Shown: in pieces, positions 1 through 11,609 of the stretch
How positions within the stretch are numbered: position 1 is the stretch's first letter
Layout: each line of letters begins with the position of its first letter
Assembly (NCBI GenBank): GCA_026914245.1
Contig: CP110439.1
Coordinates: forward strand, 6,758,001-6,822,000
DNA length: 64,000 nucleotides
Direction of reading: 5' to 3'
From: Puccinia triticina
Lineage: Eukaryota
Notes under the pieces: model-generated
What the model saw: the letters and a program-made list of their open reading frames with translations, nothing else
What the model was told of the DNA's origin: nothing
Database searches by the model: none
Program-made: the position numbers and the translations under genes

Positions 1-285
1 GTTATAGTTACATCTCTATGACTTGGAATTATCTGCAACCAACTACCAAATGCAGCACATGACACACAAGTGGCATTATGCCAATTCCTAATGCCACCTA
101 GCCTGCCCCTCTGCCCTCTAGGCTCTAAAAAATTGGTTCCACATACATCTCCATGACTCGGCACTATCTGAAACCAAAGACCAAATGCAGCACATGATTT
201 TTTTTGGTTGTTTCAAAAGCAGTTTTTCCCAGTGTGTTCATTTCCACAAATCAGAATTTCTATGTACATGCGTGGCAAAAATATT

Positions 286-454
286 GGAGGACTTCCTGTC
301 AATCTGGAAAGTCAGATCTGAGCCGCCAGATATCAGATTTTGCAGGGAAATCTAGGTCTCCAAAGATCCCCAAAGTGATCCAGATTTCCAGATTCCAGAT
401 TTCCCTGCAAAATCTGAAATTCCAGATTTATTCCAAGTTCATGGGAAGTCCTCC
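286..454. mobile_element. Small MITE with GGAGGACTTCC terminal inverted repeats
   Basis: GGAGGACTTCC at 286 and GGAAGTCCTCC ending at 454, with ATT(G) on both flanks and internal CAGATT/AATCTG repeats. A similar end (ATTGGAGGACTTCCCG..ATCTGGAAA) recurs at about 58840. Confidence 0.55.
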
Positions 455-899
455 ATTGTTCCAATACCTAACTCAGACAAATAAAAATTTGCCCAAAATT
501 TCTTTGCCTGCATTATCATTGCAGGTTCCCTATTCTGTGTGCTCAAATTAACTCACCTGACCTCTCTTACTCCACTCAACCCTGAACTGCAATTCTACCG
601 CCAAGTCATGTGACCTAAACTGGCTACACTGAGTACAATTCCAGTATGTAAATTAAAATTTATTTACATTCTGGTTGCACCATCTTGAGGCCCTGTACCA
701 TTTTCTTAGCCCAAATTATGGGCCTTAACAGGCCACACCAACCCCAATTCCAGTAATTAAAATGGAATCATCTCCCGGCTTCATGGTCAAGAGTCTCTAT
801 TCCTATCATGACTAATTTTGTGATCCTAGGATGGATTCTGATGACACATCTTCCTCCGCACTAGCCCACTGAATGAGACTTGTGCCTGTAGCATAACAA

Positions 900-1539
900 G
901 GGTGTAATCGCTGCGCTGCAAAAAGCGCAGCCCAGCGGGCTGGGTCGCTGCGCTAACGTTTTTTGATCTCACCGGAAAAAAACATGTATTTCAGCGCGCT
1001 AAATCAGCGGCCAATCAGCGTCAGACCGCTGCGCTGCCGCTGAAATCAGCGTCAAAGCGCTAAAATCAGCGGCAGCGTAGCGGACTAACCGCTGAATGGC
1101 CGCTGACCGCTTTTTCAGCGTCAGCGCGCTGGTTTTGCTGCGCCCCAACATGGCAATACGGACAATGTGAGGTCAAATGGGAGGCAGAGGGGTTGGTTGA
1201 CGTGTCCCTCCTTGCTACCGCTCCGGAAATAGTCAGCGCTGCTACTGGGGCGCAGCAAAATCAGGGTACTGACGCCAAAAAAGCGGTCAGCGGCCGTCAG
1301 CGGCCATTCAGCGGTTTTTGCGCTGCGCTGCGCTTATTGTCAGTGTTAGCGCTCTTTCCAGTGCTGCACTAACGCTGTTTGGCGGCAAGAGTCAGCGCTA
1401 GATCGCTGAATTCAGCAGTAGCGCAGCGGCGAGGGCGCTGTCCGCTGCGCTAACGCTGATTGGGCTTGGGTGTCAGCTCTAAACCACTGCGCTGCGCTAA
1501 AAGTGCCGCTTTTGTCAGCGCAGCGCAGCGGTTACACTG
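900..1539. mobile_element. Non-autonomous TIR element (hAT-like MITE) rich in CAGCG/CGCTG repeats
   Basis: GGGTGTAATCGCTGCGCTGC at 900 versus GCAGCGCAGCGGTTACACTG ending at 1539; dense internal GCGCT/CAGCG motifs. The TSD is degenerate. Confidence 0.6.
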
Positions 1540-1883
1540 CATTAAGCAACCACTGCAAAAAGTCTATATAAAACAAATAGAACCAGGCCTAATTCCGGTA
1601 ACTGAAATTGAATTTCTTATCCAGGTTGTATGGCCTGAGTTTTCTGTTGCCATTGTATCTAAAGACTAAAGTAGTCCTTTCCATGTTGAGATGTCTTCAT
1701 CCAACAAACATTAACTATAAAAAACCTATTAACCAGGTCCGGCCAATCTACAATCCCGCACTTTAATGTGTGTCCATTTTCCAACCAGCTTGCCTACCAG
1801 ACAGAGTATGTATTTATATTCACCCAGGTATGCCTCACACATCTATACCTCTGGTACTCTACCTGTCTTGTGATGTAACAAAC

Positions 1884-2096
1884 TAGAGATGGCCATTGGC
1901 ACCCACTGGCGGGTACCCGCCACTCTTCAGCGGTCCTTTATGCCCTGGGAAGTGCCAGCCAGCAGGCTTGGGGTGTTCAATTTTGGTAAAAATTCAAGCA
2001 TGTAGCTTTTCACCCGCCATAGTTGCCTGTAGGGGCAGATAGCTACCTGCTAAAGAGTAGCGGGTACCCGCCAGCAGGTGCCAATGGCCATCCCTA
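1884..2096. mobile_element. hAT-family MITE
   Basis: TIRs TAGAGATGGCCATTGGCACC / GGTGCCAATGGCCATCCCTA; perfect 8-bp TSD TAACAAAC at 1876-1883 and 2097-2104. Confidence 0.85.
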
Positions 2097-2980
2097 TAAC
2101 AAACAAATTGAAGTAACATCTCCCCCAGTTCACCTAATCATATTCAGGGGCATACCTGGTCCAAGAACAGCCCTCTCATCCCAGGTTTACATTTTTATTC
2201 AATGCAAAACTTCTACAATATTTAATGCTGTGAGGTGTAGATGAGGTCCTAATCCTGTGCCTTGGAGCAATTCTCCCAATGCTCAATCCGGAGCCGGCTG
2301 CTGATTTGTGTGGTTGGGTCAGTTATCACGTACATTTAGGGGTTAGTCTATACTCTCCATAACAACTTGGTTGTGGGCCAATTGCACTTCTGGCAAACAA
2401 TATTCTTGGGATACAGCCAATTTTGCAATCAACAGGAGTATACATTAATTAGGGAACTGGTCAGACAGATCAGTTCACACTCTTGTACCCAACTCTTCCA
2501 TACAATTCTCAACTCCTCTGAATAAAAAAATAGTATTCAAATCTTCACTCATAATTATCCCTGAATTAGACCCCGGTGTAGTTACCAAGTTACTATCACA
2601 CCGCACAGAAGAATATATTTTTCAGAATTTTGGTTGCAAAATTCCTGACCCTCTTGGACCTTGCAACAACGCATGCCTGAAATGTGGAGCACTCCACTGG
2701 GTATTAGAAGAAAACATTTCCAATTTTTGAAGTCCCTAGAATAACTTACAAAAAGTGTACTCATTGTAAAAATATTCAGCACAACTGTTCTTGTAGTTTG
2801 CCATACATTTTATTAATGTGACAGCTATTATGTTTCTGATCAGGTATATAACTGTGGTTCAAGGGTCAAGAAATTGTAGCAGTAAGTCATTCCGTGCGTC
2901 AATGCTGCAAAGGTTCCAGGTTTTGTGAACATTACATAACTGGTTTTCCTTTGAGTATATGTTGAGTTCAGTCTAAGTTC

Positions 2981-3007
2981 TTGCGGCGCCGCCGCAATTT
3001 CCCTAGT
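2981..3007 (+). mobile_element. Helitron-type 3' terminus
   Basis: Hairpin TTGCGGC-GCC-GCCGCAA followed after 5 nt by CTAG|T. The 5' end was not located. Confidence 0.5.
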
Positions 3008-3008
3008 A

Positions 3009-3278
3009 TAGACCCCGGAAGCGGTCTTTCAAGCCGCCTCATGTGGGCTCCAGCAAAACTTTAAAAAAAGATCCGTGTACACAAGGAGTTATTTAAATTT
3101 CTCTATTCTGCCATCACCAATTTTGCTTTTTAAACACCTGTACAGCATTGATATGGGTTTAAAGGTGTCACTACACATATTTTTGTTGATGCATTGAGCC
3201 AGGGTAGCTGTAGGTAGGGGCTGTAACGTTTGGATACGTACATGAGGCGGCTTGAAAACCCCCTTCCGGGCTCCTCTA
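3009..3278. mobile_element. Degenerate MITE with ~35-bp imperfect inverted ends
   Basis: CCCGGAAGCGGTCTTTCAAGCCGCCTCATGT versus ACATGAGGCGGCTTGAAAACCCCCTTCCGGG. Confidence 0.5.
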
Positions 3279-3368
3279 GTATCTTAAGAAAAATGAAGCT
3301 AAAAAATCAAAAACATCTTGATATGTAAATTCTTAAATATTGTATAAGAACCCTGTGAAGGGGTGAAT

Positions 3369-3513
3369 CTGACGATAAGAATCATGTCGCCTTGATCAGC
3401 TCAGGCACGCTCGGTATTGGTCCAACTCTCGGTGTTTGATTACTAACCTGACAATAAGAATCACGTCGCCTTGATCAGCTCAGGCACGCTCGGTATTGGT
3501 CCAACTCTTGGTG
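3369..3513. repeat. Direct duplication of a ~66-bp unit (period ~79 bp)
   Basis: CTGACRATAAGAATCAYGTCGCCTTGATCAGCTCAGGCACGCTCGGTATTGGTCCAACTCTYGGTG occurs twice. Confidence 0.85.
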
Positions 3514-3611
3514 AAGAAAGAGTAGAACCGGTACCGGGCGAGCTGACTATACTACAACTGGTTCGGGCGCAGCCGCAGTACAAGTGGGAACGTGCGGATG
3601 AAACTACATGA

Positions 3612-6422
3612 GAGCATCCGCATCGGTTGCGTTAAACCCCGCGCTAAGCCAGATTTAGCAACAGAAACACCACACCGGTGTCGGCAAGTCCCCCGCTATC
3701 GTCAAATATTTTGGCTTTCGTCGATAAAGGTCGCCAAATCTGGCAACACTTGGAGCATTTCCACCGCGGGCCCTAAATCGGGGCCCTAGTTGGAAATTTC
3801 AGGAGCTTACCGCCTCAACCCAACCCACCGCAGGCGCTATTTGCGTCGAAAATTTACGGCCGTCCCTAAATATCGACCTCGAGTCCCTACATGTAGGGAC
3901 TCCGAGGGACTCACTAGGGACTCATCCATCCCCACCTCAACTCCCTTTCACACACCAAACTCCTTGTGAAACTACAGCTCACACCCCCGAATGTACAATT
4001 CCTTCACATGATGGCCAAGGCAGGCTGGCCATCAAGAGGTACTCCCCTCAATGGCCCGTTTGTTCCGGTCATCGAGAGGAGTACATTCTCCCCTCGATGG
4101 CCGGTTCCTTCCGGTCATCAAGAGGAGTACATACTCCCTTTGATGGCCGGTTCCTCCGGTCATCAAGAGGAGTACATACTCCCCTTGATGTCCGGTTCTT
4201 TTCGGTCATCAAGAGGATAATCCCCATGATGACCGGAACAAACTGGTCTGTTCTGATCATCGAGGGGAGTTGGCCGGTTCGTTCCAATTATCGAGGGGAG
4301 TATATACTCCCCACAATGACCGGAACAACCCGGATTGTTCCGACCTCATTGAGGGAGGTACATATTTACTCCCCTCAATGGCTGGTTCGTTCCAGTTATC
4401 AAGAGGGGTATATACTTCCCACGATGACCGGAACAACCCGCTTTGTTCTGATCATCAACAAGAGAACTCCCTTCAATAACCAGGTGGATTTGACGGGGGA
4501 GTGGACCGGGGGCGACGCATGCCTTTCATGACTTTTTACAGACTCTTGCGGTGTATGCCGCAGCAGTTTGGGGCGCTAAAACTGGCTGCGCACTGCCAGA
4601 GATCAAATTTTAGCGCCCCGAAAATACCGCCCGCGGTGGAAATGCTCTTATCGACGAAGTTATAGCTGCGCATCCCTCCCCCAGCCAGCTCCGCATTGCT
4701 CCAACTTCGCCCCGGGAAGGACATACAGCTCTCGATGACCGGTTAACGGTTCATCGAGAGGACATACAACCTCTCGATAACCGGTCAGACCGGTCATCAA
4801 GAGGACTCGACACTACATAATCAAGCCTGGCTCAACCCTCTCAATGACCGGTACAAACCAATCATCGAGAGCACTCAAGCTGTTTGATGACCGGTCTGAC
4901 CGGTCATTGAGAGGACATACAACTTCTCGATGACCGGTTAGACCGGTCATCGAGAGGACTCAAGGCTACATAGTCAAGCCTCTTGATGAACGGTCTGACT
5001 GGTCATTGAGTAGACTCAACCCTCTCAATGAACGGTCTAACCGGTCATCAAGAAGTTGTATGTCCTCTCGATGACCGGTCAGACCGGTCATCAAACAGCT
5101 TGAGTGCTCTCAATGATTGGTTTGTACCGGTCATTGAGAGGGTTGAGTCCACTCGATGACCAGTCAGAGCGTTCATCAAGAGGACATAAAACCTCTCGAT
5201 GACCGGTACAAACCAGTCATCAAGAGGGATCAACCCTTGTGATGAGTATTTTCCACTGTTTTGTACGCGAACCTGAATGTAGCCTAAACAAAGATTACCA
5301 ATTTAATTTGGTTGTGGATTTGCAACAACAGCAAAAAAAAGTGCAACAAAAAAAAAGCAACCGACATGCCGAGTTGCAGCAAGTAGCCTCCCCGGGAAGC
5401 GGGTACTTTAACTGCTGGAACGGACCAGTCATCAAGGCTCAATGACCGGAACCACTTGGCCATTGAGGGGACTTGTGTGTTACCCCTCCCCGTGGCCGGT
5501 TGTACCGCTTGGCGCTCATCTACATATGTGTCAGCATGTATCGGCAATCACGCTTGATGGCTGGGTAGCTGGTCCATACCGGTCATCAAGGCTGAAGAAC
5601 TCTTGATGCCGGGTGTGTATAATCTACTTTCTCGTACATCTGGCCATCAAAAGGAGTGCGAAATGTCCTTTCAATGGCCGGCGCTTGTACAGGTCATCGA
5701 GAGCAACACACTACTCGATAGCCGGCCATCAAGAGGGGGTACACTCTCCCATCAATGGCCCGGCTATTCCAGTCATTGAGGGGAGTGTGAACCTTGTCTT
5801 GATCATTGTCAGGTACACACTCCCTTCGCGACCTGCCATCCGGCCGTCAAGAACAACTCACCAACCAAGCCGTCGATGGCCGACCCCGACCGGTGATTGA
5901 GAAGGGATCAAACTACTCCCCTCAATGGACATTTTGTCCCGGCCATTCTGGTCCGTTCCAGTATGACCAATACCCGCGCCGGCAATTGGTATTGGTCATA
6001 CTGGATGAGATCCGCCCGCGGCTGGGTGGGAGGATATGTACTTGACCTTTTTTTTTTGTGTGTAAATAACCATGGTGATTCTACCAAAGCAGAATTGCTT
6101 AGGCTAGATTCATCTCCCCGTTTTGTACCAGCCATCAAGTGTGATTCCCCTCAATGACCAGTTTGTACCGGTCATCGAGTAGACTCAAGCTGGCTGCTCG
6201 ATGAGCAGTTTGTACCGGTTATCAAGGGTACATACAAACTTGTACCGGTCATCAAGAGTACATACAAACCTCGATGACCGGTGATGGGTTTTGATAGCGC
6301 AGTCAGGCGAGTTTGCCGTTTGATTTGGCTCAACCGGTGTGGAGTGCCCTCCGCATTGCTAAATTTGGCTCTTAGCGAGCAGTAATTTAGCTTAGCTTTT
6401 AGCTGAACCAATGCGGATGCTC
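3612..6422. mobile_element. Non-autonomous PIF/Harbinger-like element filled with ACCGGTCATCGAGAG-type repeats
   Basis: TIRs GAGCATCCGCATCGGTT / AACCAATGCGGATGCTC; flanks TGA / TAA (TWA-type 3-bp TSD with one mismatch); no transposase ORF; dozens of CTCGATGACCGG / CCGGTCATCGAGAG motifs. Confidence 0.7.
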
Positions 6423-7169
6423 TAACTATATACAGATGAAATATATAGTTATGTAACCTTGATGTTTGTCTAAGTTTGTAACCTCTCAGCTCCTAACATA
6501 TTGTTTAGAATTGGTACCTGAGTTTGTATTCACACCGAGTTTTATAGCGCATTGGGCCAAATCTAACTTAACACAAGTCCCCCCTGGTGGGAGGCTTGCT
6601 GTGGCTGGCCGCAAAGCGGCCCCTCCCGCAGGGAGGGACTTGCGCGTAATGTCAAAATTTTGGCTGGGAAAGAAATCACAAATGGCTGGAGGGAAAATAT
6701 TAAGCCTCAGCCAGCCTCCCCCTCAGGTCCTGTGGACCTGCCCCAGAGCCAAAAGATACTTCTGGACCTCAGCTTTCATTTGGCACAGGTCTCATCTCCT
6801 CAATCCAAACCATTTGCACTGTACTAATGGTTTAAAAATAAAAAAACATGAAGAAATGTAAACTAAGGATGCGCAACCATCATGCCTGGTGGATCCTGGA
6901 TCCGCAAACCCGCAGATCCTACACATGTAGTGTTGCATTTTGTTGCATATAGGAAACTCAATTGTGCATATTTTCAGAAAATCCAAAAATGGATCTTCAG
7001 AGCAATGTAATATCCTTCAGGGTTCCTTTGACCTTCAAAACGGATTCCTTCAATCAGTTTTGGAGCTTTTTGCTCAAAATTTTGGGTGAGGGTGCGCATC
7101 AGCACTGCCAATGAAACTGTCTATTCAGTTTTGTTTGTACATATTTTGCTGATTTTTAAATAATTATTT

Positions 7170-7400
7170 AGTGGTTTTGGGGTTGAATATCCTTCCTTTC
7201 CCTGCCAGACTTCAGACATTAGGCGTAAGCCTCTCCTGCGGAGAGCCCTCCGGGCGGGGTCCCCCGGACCCTCCGTTCGAGAGGCTTAGTTAAGCTAGGG
7301 GCCGAATCAAGTCGATCTTGTATTCTTGTAAGTACATATTTGTTTTTTGTGCTTTGATAGTCCGTCGTCTTACTTCTGCTCGCACCCAAGACCCAGGACG
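7170..7400. mobile_element. Possible terminal-repeat remnant of a tyrosine-recombinase (DIRS/Ngaro-like) retroelement
   Basis: GC-rich hairpins CTCTCC-TGC-GGAGAG and GGGTCC-CCC-GGACCC after TTTCCCTGCCAGACTTCAGAC. The resemblance to rust YR-element termini is from memory only and is unverified. Confidence 0.3.
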
Positions 7401-7766
7401 TGCTCCGGATCCACGTTTCGTGACCAAAAGCTCTGAGAAAGCCTTGTACCTGGCCCTGCAAATTTAAAATGATTTCATTGAGCAGGCAACCTTGGAAATG
7501 TAAACGGGACGGGACTGACATGACACGTTGGTTGACGCGACCTTGCGACCTCCCCTCCTCAATTGGCCTCCGCCCTTAAAGCCCACTTGATGCGCAAACT
7601 AGCGCCAACTTCGCCTCCAAACTGGCAGAATGGCCCAACTCATCATTCGACAATAGTCGAACCGTCAAACACTCCTTCATTGCCAACTCTGCGATCATCC
7701 CCAGCCGTCCGTGGTTCGAGCCGTCGTCAGTCCTTCCATCAACCGTCCTGCACCTGCTTCCAGAAC

Positions 7767-8123
7767 ATGAACCTCTACATCCCTACACGCTTCCTACTCC
7801 TCGTGGCGCTGATGGCCGGCTTCTCGGCTGTGGATATCATGATGTGCCCGGATTGTCAGGTGGACGTCGACCCTCACCCCATTCCCGGACTTCGCTACTG
7901 TTCGGCGAGAATAATGTGTCAGTTCGACTCGCCAAACCACTCCCACGGCACTTGTGGCGCGGAGTTAGTGATGGGGACCAGGGTATACGCCTGTTCCGCT
8001 TGCCGCAAACTTGTTGGAGAGCGCGGAGGATCCTGCGGCGTTTCACACGATGCCATATGTGATGGGAGCGATCCGCCACGGCGGCCCACACTGTCCAGTG
8101 GTTCCACTGCCATCTCCAATTGA
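7767..8123 (+). CDS. Small secreted Cys/His-rich protein (118 aa), candidate zinc-binding effector
   Basis: ATG at 7767 is in frame with track ORF 7563-8123. Hydrophobic signal peptide MNLYIPTRFLLLVALMAGFSA; CPDC...C...C...H.H..C...YACSAC...C...H...C pattern; single exon. Confidence 0.75.
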   Translation: MNLYIPTRFLLLVALMAGFSAVDIMMCPDCQVDVDPHPIPGLRYCSARIMCQFDSPNHSHGTCGAELVMGTRVYACSACRKLVGERGGSCGVSHDAICDGSDPPRRPTLSSGSTAISN

Positions 8124-9025
8124 CCCCCCCGTCCCCATCCTGGATGGGTTCAAAGCAAGACTCGGCCAAAACCACACTTGCCATCATTCAGTACCGTACA
8201 TTCAGAGCTCAAACAATTGAATTATTGCACATTAAACATGGAGTTAGTCAAGAACTTAAGCAGTTAGATAGCTAGCAATAGTCAACCATGTAAATGTATC
8301 TAAACAGATACTTCAAAATACTCAAATAGTGCAAACACCATTTTTTATGTCTGGGAACTGTGACCAATTGGCTTGGGCTGGGGGAAAATCACATCAAAGT
8401 CATGCTGCCAGATTCAAAACTACCCAGGAAATAAATATTTAAGCTAATTCAGCAAGTGCATTTTTATGCTTTAGCTGTTCAGCCGTTGCAGGAATTTTAG
8501 TGTGTCAACCAACTCTTGTGGGGAGTATTTGTGGATATACAGTAGATATGCATTTGATTTCCATCTACTAATTGCACAGATTTCTTTGGGTGAGACACCA
8601 AGGGCAAAGTGTAAGGATGCACATCCAACACAGAAGGAGTGGCCAGTGAATCCTGGGAAGCCTCTGAGCTGCAGTTGATCTCATCTCCCTATATCCTGCA
8701 CAAGCTCTTGGATAAACATCTAGCCCTTGGCACCATTAGAAGTGTAGGACTTCAAGCATACTTATCCCAGCTTAAAAATCCTCAAAAGCTTCATCCCCTC
8801 TGAAGAATCTCTGTGTAAATAAAATAACATTGTAAGCACTGCAACCTCTTCAAGCCTGGATATTTCAACAGATATACCTGGTGCTGGATACATATTGTCT
8901 TTTTTGTAAAGCTTGGACAATTTCTCAAAATTTCTGGTTTTGTTGACTGAGGGAAATGTCATATTTTTCATATCCCTCCATATGCTGCATCTTGACAGAT
9001 GTCAGATAAGGCCCAAGGGCAAATC

Positions 9026-9835
9026 AACAATGCAACTATTACGCTACGGTTAACGTGTAATACACTAATTTAGCGGCGTTTTTAGAGCCGCTACACTAAA
9101 ATTTAGTTTAGCACCAGCATATTACATTTAACGCTAACTGCCATCTAGAGAAAAATCGGAAGTTTTTAATTGCTAGAAAGTAGCAATTTGTAGCGTCTGA
9201 TTGCTACGCTTCAGCTATAGCAATATAATAGTGTTCCTTATTGCTATGCTAATCTAATAAATAATTAGCGGTAATTATTGAATAATTGGCGGTAATTATT
9301 GAATAATTGGCGGTAATTATTGAATAATTGGCGGTAATTATTGAATAATTGGCGGTAATTATTGAATAATTGGCGGTAATTATTGAATAATTGGCAGTAA
9401 TTATCTAATCTGGGAAAAAACTAGACCTCCAGCTCCAGAATCTATAAGCTATTGATGCCCTAATGTTTGGGCTAATTTAAAGATTTAGCAGGATGCGCAT
9501 TAGCCCCATTATTGATGCGCTAATTACTGCGCTAATGTGCGCTAATGTGCGCTAATCTGAATAATTAGCGTTCATCCCGCTAAACTGGCATGTAGCAATG
9601 TTTTAGCGGCTGTAGCGGCTTTGGCGCTAAAATACAGCTATTTTTAGCGTTAGCGCCTTCAAAACGCTAAACTACACGGAGGAGGGAAATGGTGTAGCAA
9701 GGGTGTTGCTACGCTAAGCGCTATATGTAGCGCTGGACCGCTACCGCTATCACTAACTACCCAGATTATTAGCGCCAAGCACTACACTAATTTTTTAGCG
9801 GCACTAATTACATTTAGCGTAATAGTTGCATTGTT
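9026..9835. mobile_element. Non-autonomous TIR element with an internal 21-bp minisatellite
   Basis: TIRs AACAATGCAACTATTACGCTA / TAGCGTAATAGTTGCATTGTT; flanking duplication GGGCAAATC (9 bp, or 7 bp if the TIR is extended by one C/G). Confidence 0.8.
9260..9404. repeat. Tandem array of ~7 x 21-bp AATAATTGGCGGTAATTATTG
   Basis: Directly visible head-to-tail repeats; each unit is a mini-hairpin (AATAATT/AATTATT). Confidence 0.9.
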
Positions 9836-10001
9836 GGGCAAATCCACCCCTGGAGCCAACATCCTCAAGTAGGTGGTCTACGAGTTGGGTTAGAGAAAAA
9901 AACAAGTTCATATTCTGAACCGGAGTGCCTTCTGTACCCTACCAACTATTAAACTTGTGAAAAGTATGGTCCGAGTGAAGTGGGTATTGAACCCACAACC
10001 T

Positions 10002-10029
10002 CGTGTACTGTGAGAGTCAAACTCACATA

Positions 10030-10062
<33 letters not shown>

Positions 10063-11609
10063 CACAGCCCGCAAACGGGTGACAAAATTTGAATTTCGTT
10101 GCGCTGACAAAATTCAAATGTCACCCCAAGTTCCCACCCCCGCCCAGTCGTCAGCTGGCTGGCATTTTGTCACCTGCCATTGCAAATCAATGGCAGGTGC
10201 AAGTGCACCTCTGGATGGCCGTTACACCGGCCACACAGGGCACACACAGAGCAAGCTCTCTCGATGACCGGGACTGACCGGCCATCAAGAGGACATGCAC
10301 ACATTCTCAATGGCTGGTAGTAGTACCGGCCAACATGAGCAAAAAGCATGCCTCTTGATGACCGGTACTGACCAATCATCAAGAGCAAAGAAATCCTCTC
10401 AATGACCGGTACTGACCGGTTATTGAGAGCAGTACCGGTCATCAAGAGCCACGTACTACACTCTCAACGGCTGGTACTGACCGGCAATTGAGAGGACAAC
10501 GCACTCTTGATGGCTAGTGCAGGTCATCAAGAGCAAAGCTGCCCTCTTGATGACCGGTACTGACCGGGCATCAAGAGGGTATACATAGATCGCTCTTGAT
10601 GGCAGAAAAGCAGCCCTCCCAATGACCATTACTGACTGGGTACCGGTGGGTTGCTTTGCTATCCTCTTGATGACCAGCACCAAGAAGTGGTTTGCTCTTG
10701 TCGACCTGTACTGGCTATCAAGAGTGTGTATATGTCCTCTTGATGGCCAATCAGTACCGGTCATTGATGTGTTGCTGTCAATGACTGTCACCAGCCATCA
10801 AGAGTGCGCGCATCTCCTCTTGATGACCGGTTAGTACCAGCCATCAAAAGTGTAGTACATTGCTCTTGATGACCGGTCGGTACCGGTCATCGAGAGGATT
10901 GCTTTGCTCTCAATGATTGGTCAGTACCAGTCATTGAGAGGGCAGCTTTTCTCTTGATGACCGGCACCAGCCATCAACAGTGCGTACATGTCCTCTTGAT
11001 GGCCGGTCAGTACCAGCCGTCAAGAGTGTAGTACGTTTCTCCCAATGACCAGTACTCCTCTCGAGATGACCAGTTATATCCTCTTGATTCCCGGTCAGTA
11101 CCGGTCATCAAGAGGGCAGCTTTGCTCTTGATGACCTGCACTAGCCATCAAGAGTGTGTTGTCCTCTCAATGGCCGGTCAGTACCAGCAGTTGAGAGTGT
11201 AGTACGTGGCTCTTGATGACCGGTACTGCTCTCAATAACCGGTCAGTACCGGTCATTGAGAGGATTTCTGTGCTCTTGATGATTGGTCAGTACCGGTCAT
11301 CAAGAGGCATGCTGTTTGCTCATGTTGGCCGGTACTACTACCAGCCATTGAGAATGTGTGCATGTCCTCTTGATGGCCGGTCAGTCCCGGTCATCAAGAG
11401 AGCTTGCTCTGTGTGTGCCCTGTGTGGCCGGTGTAACGGCCATCCAGAGGTGCACTTGCACCTGCCATTGATTTGCAATGGCAGGTGACGAAATGCCAGC
11501 CAGCTGACGACTGGGCGGGGGTGGGAACTTGGGGTGACATTTGAATTTTGTCAGCGCGACGAAATTCAAATTTTGTCACCTGTTTGCGGGCTGTGTGAGC
11601 TAAGTACAC
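10002..11609 (-). pseudogene. Degenerate tRNA-like gene (possibly Met, CAT) split by the foldback element
   Basis: Removing 10063-11598 gives, on the minus strand, GTGTACT-TA-GCTC-AATGGTTA-GAGC-...CTCATGA...-GTGAG-TTTGACT-CTCAC-AGTACAC. Acceptor, D and T stems pair perfectly; the anticodon arm is imperfect. Confidence 0.5.
10063..11595. mobile_element. CACTA/CMC-like foldback element with ~500-bp inverted arms
   Basis: Ends CACAGCCCGCAAAC / GTTTGCGGGCTGTG; 3-bp TSD TGA; mirror ORFs 10089-10277(+)/11381-11569(-) and 10170-10445(-)/11213-11488(+) confirm the long inverted repeats; no transposase. Confidence 0.8.

Noticed and set aside
3966..6411. Many short overlapping ORFs (RSSRG / PVIER motifs)
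   Set aside because: Products of the non-coding repeat array; the same applies to 10089-11569 and 24837-25977.
9260..9404. CRISPR-like regular repeats
   Set aside because: Head-to-tail 21-mers with no unique spacers, inside a TIR element in eukaryotic DNA; no cas genes.
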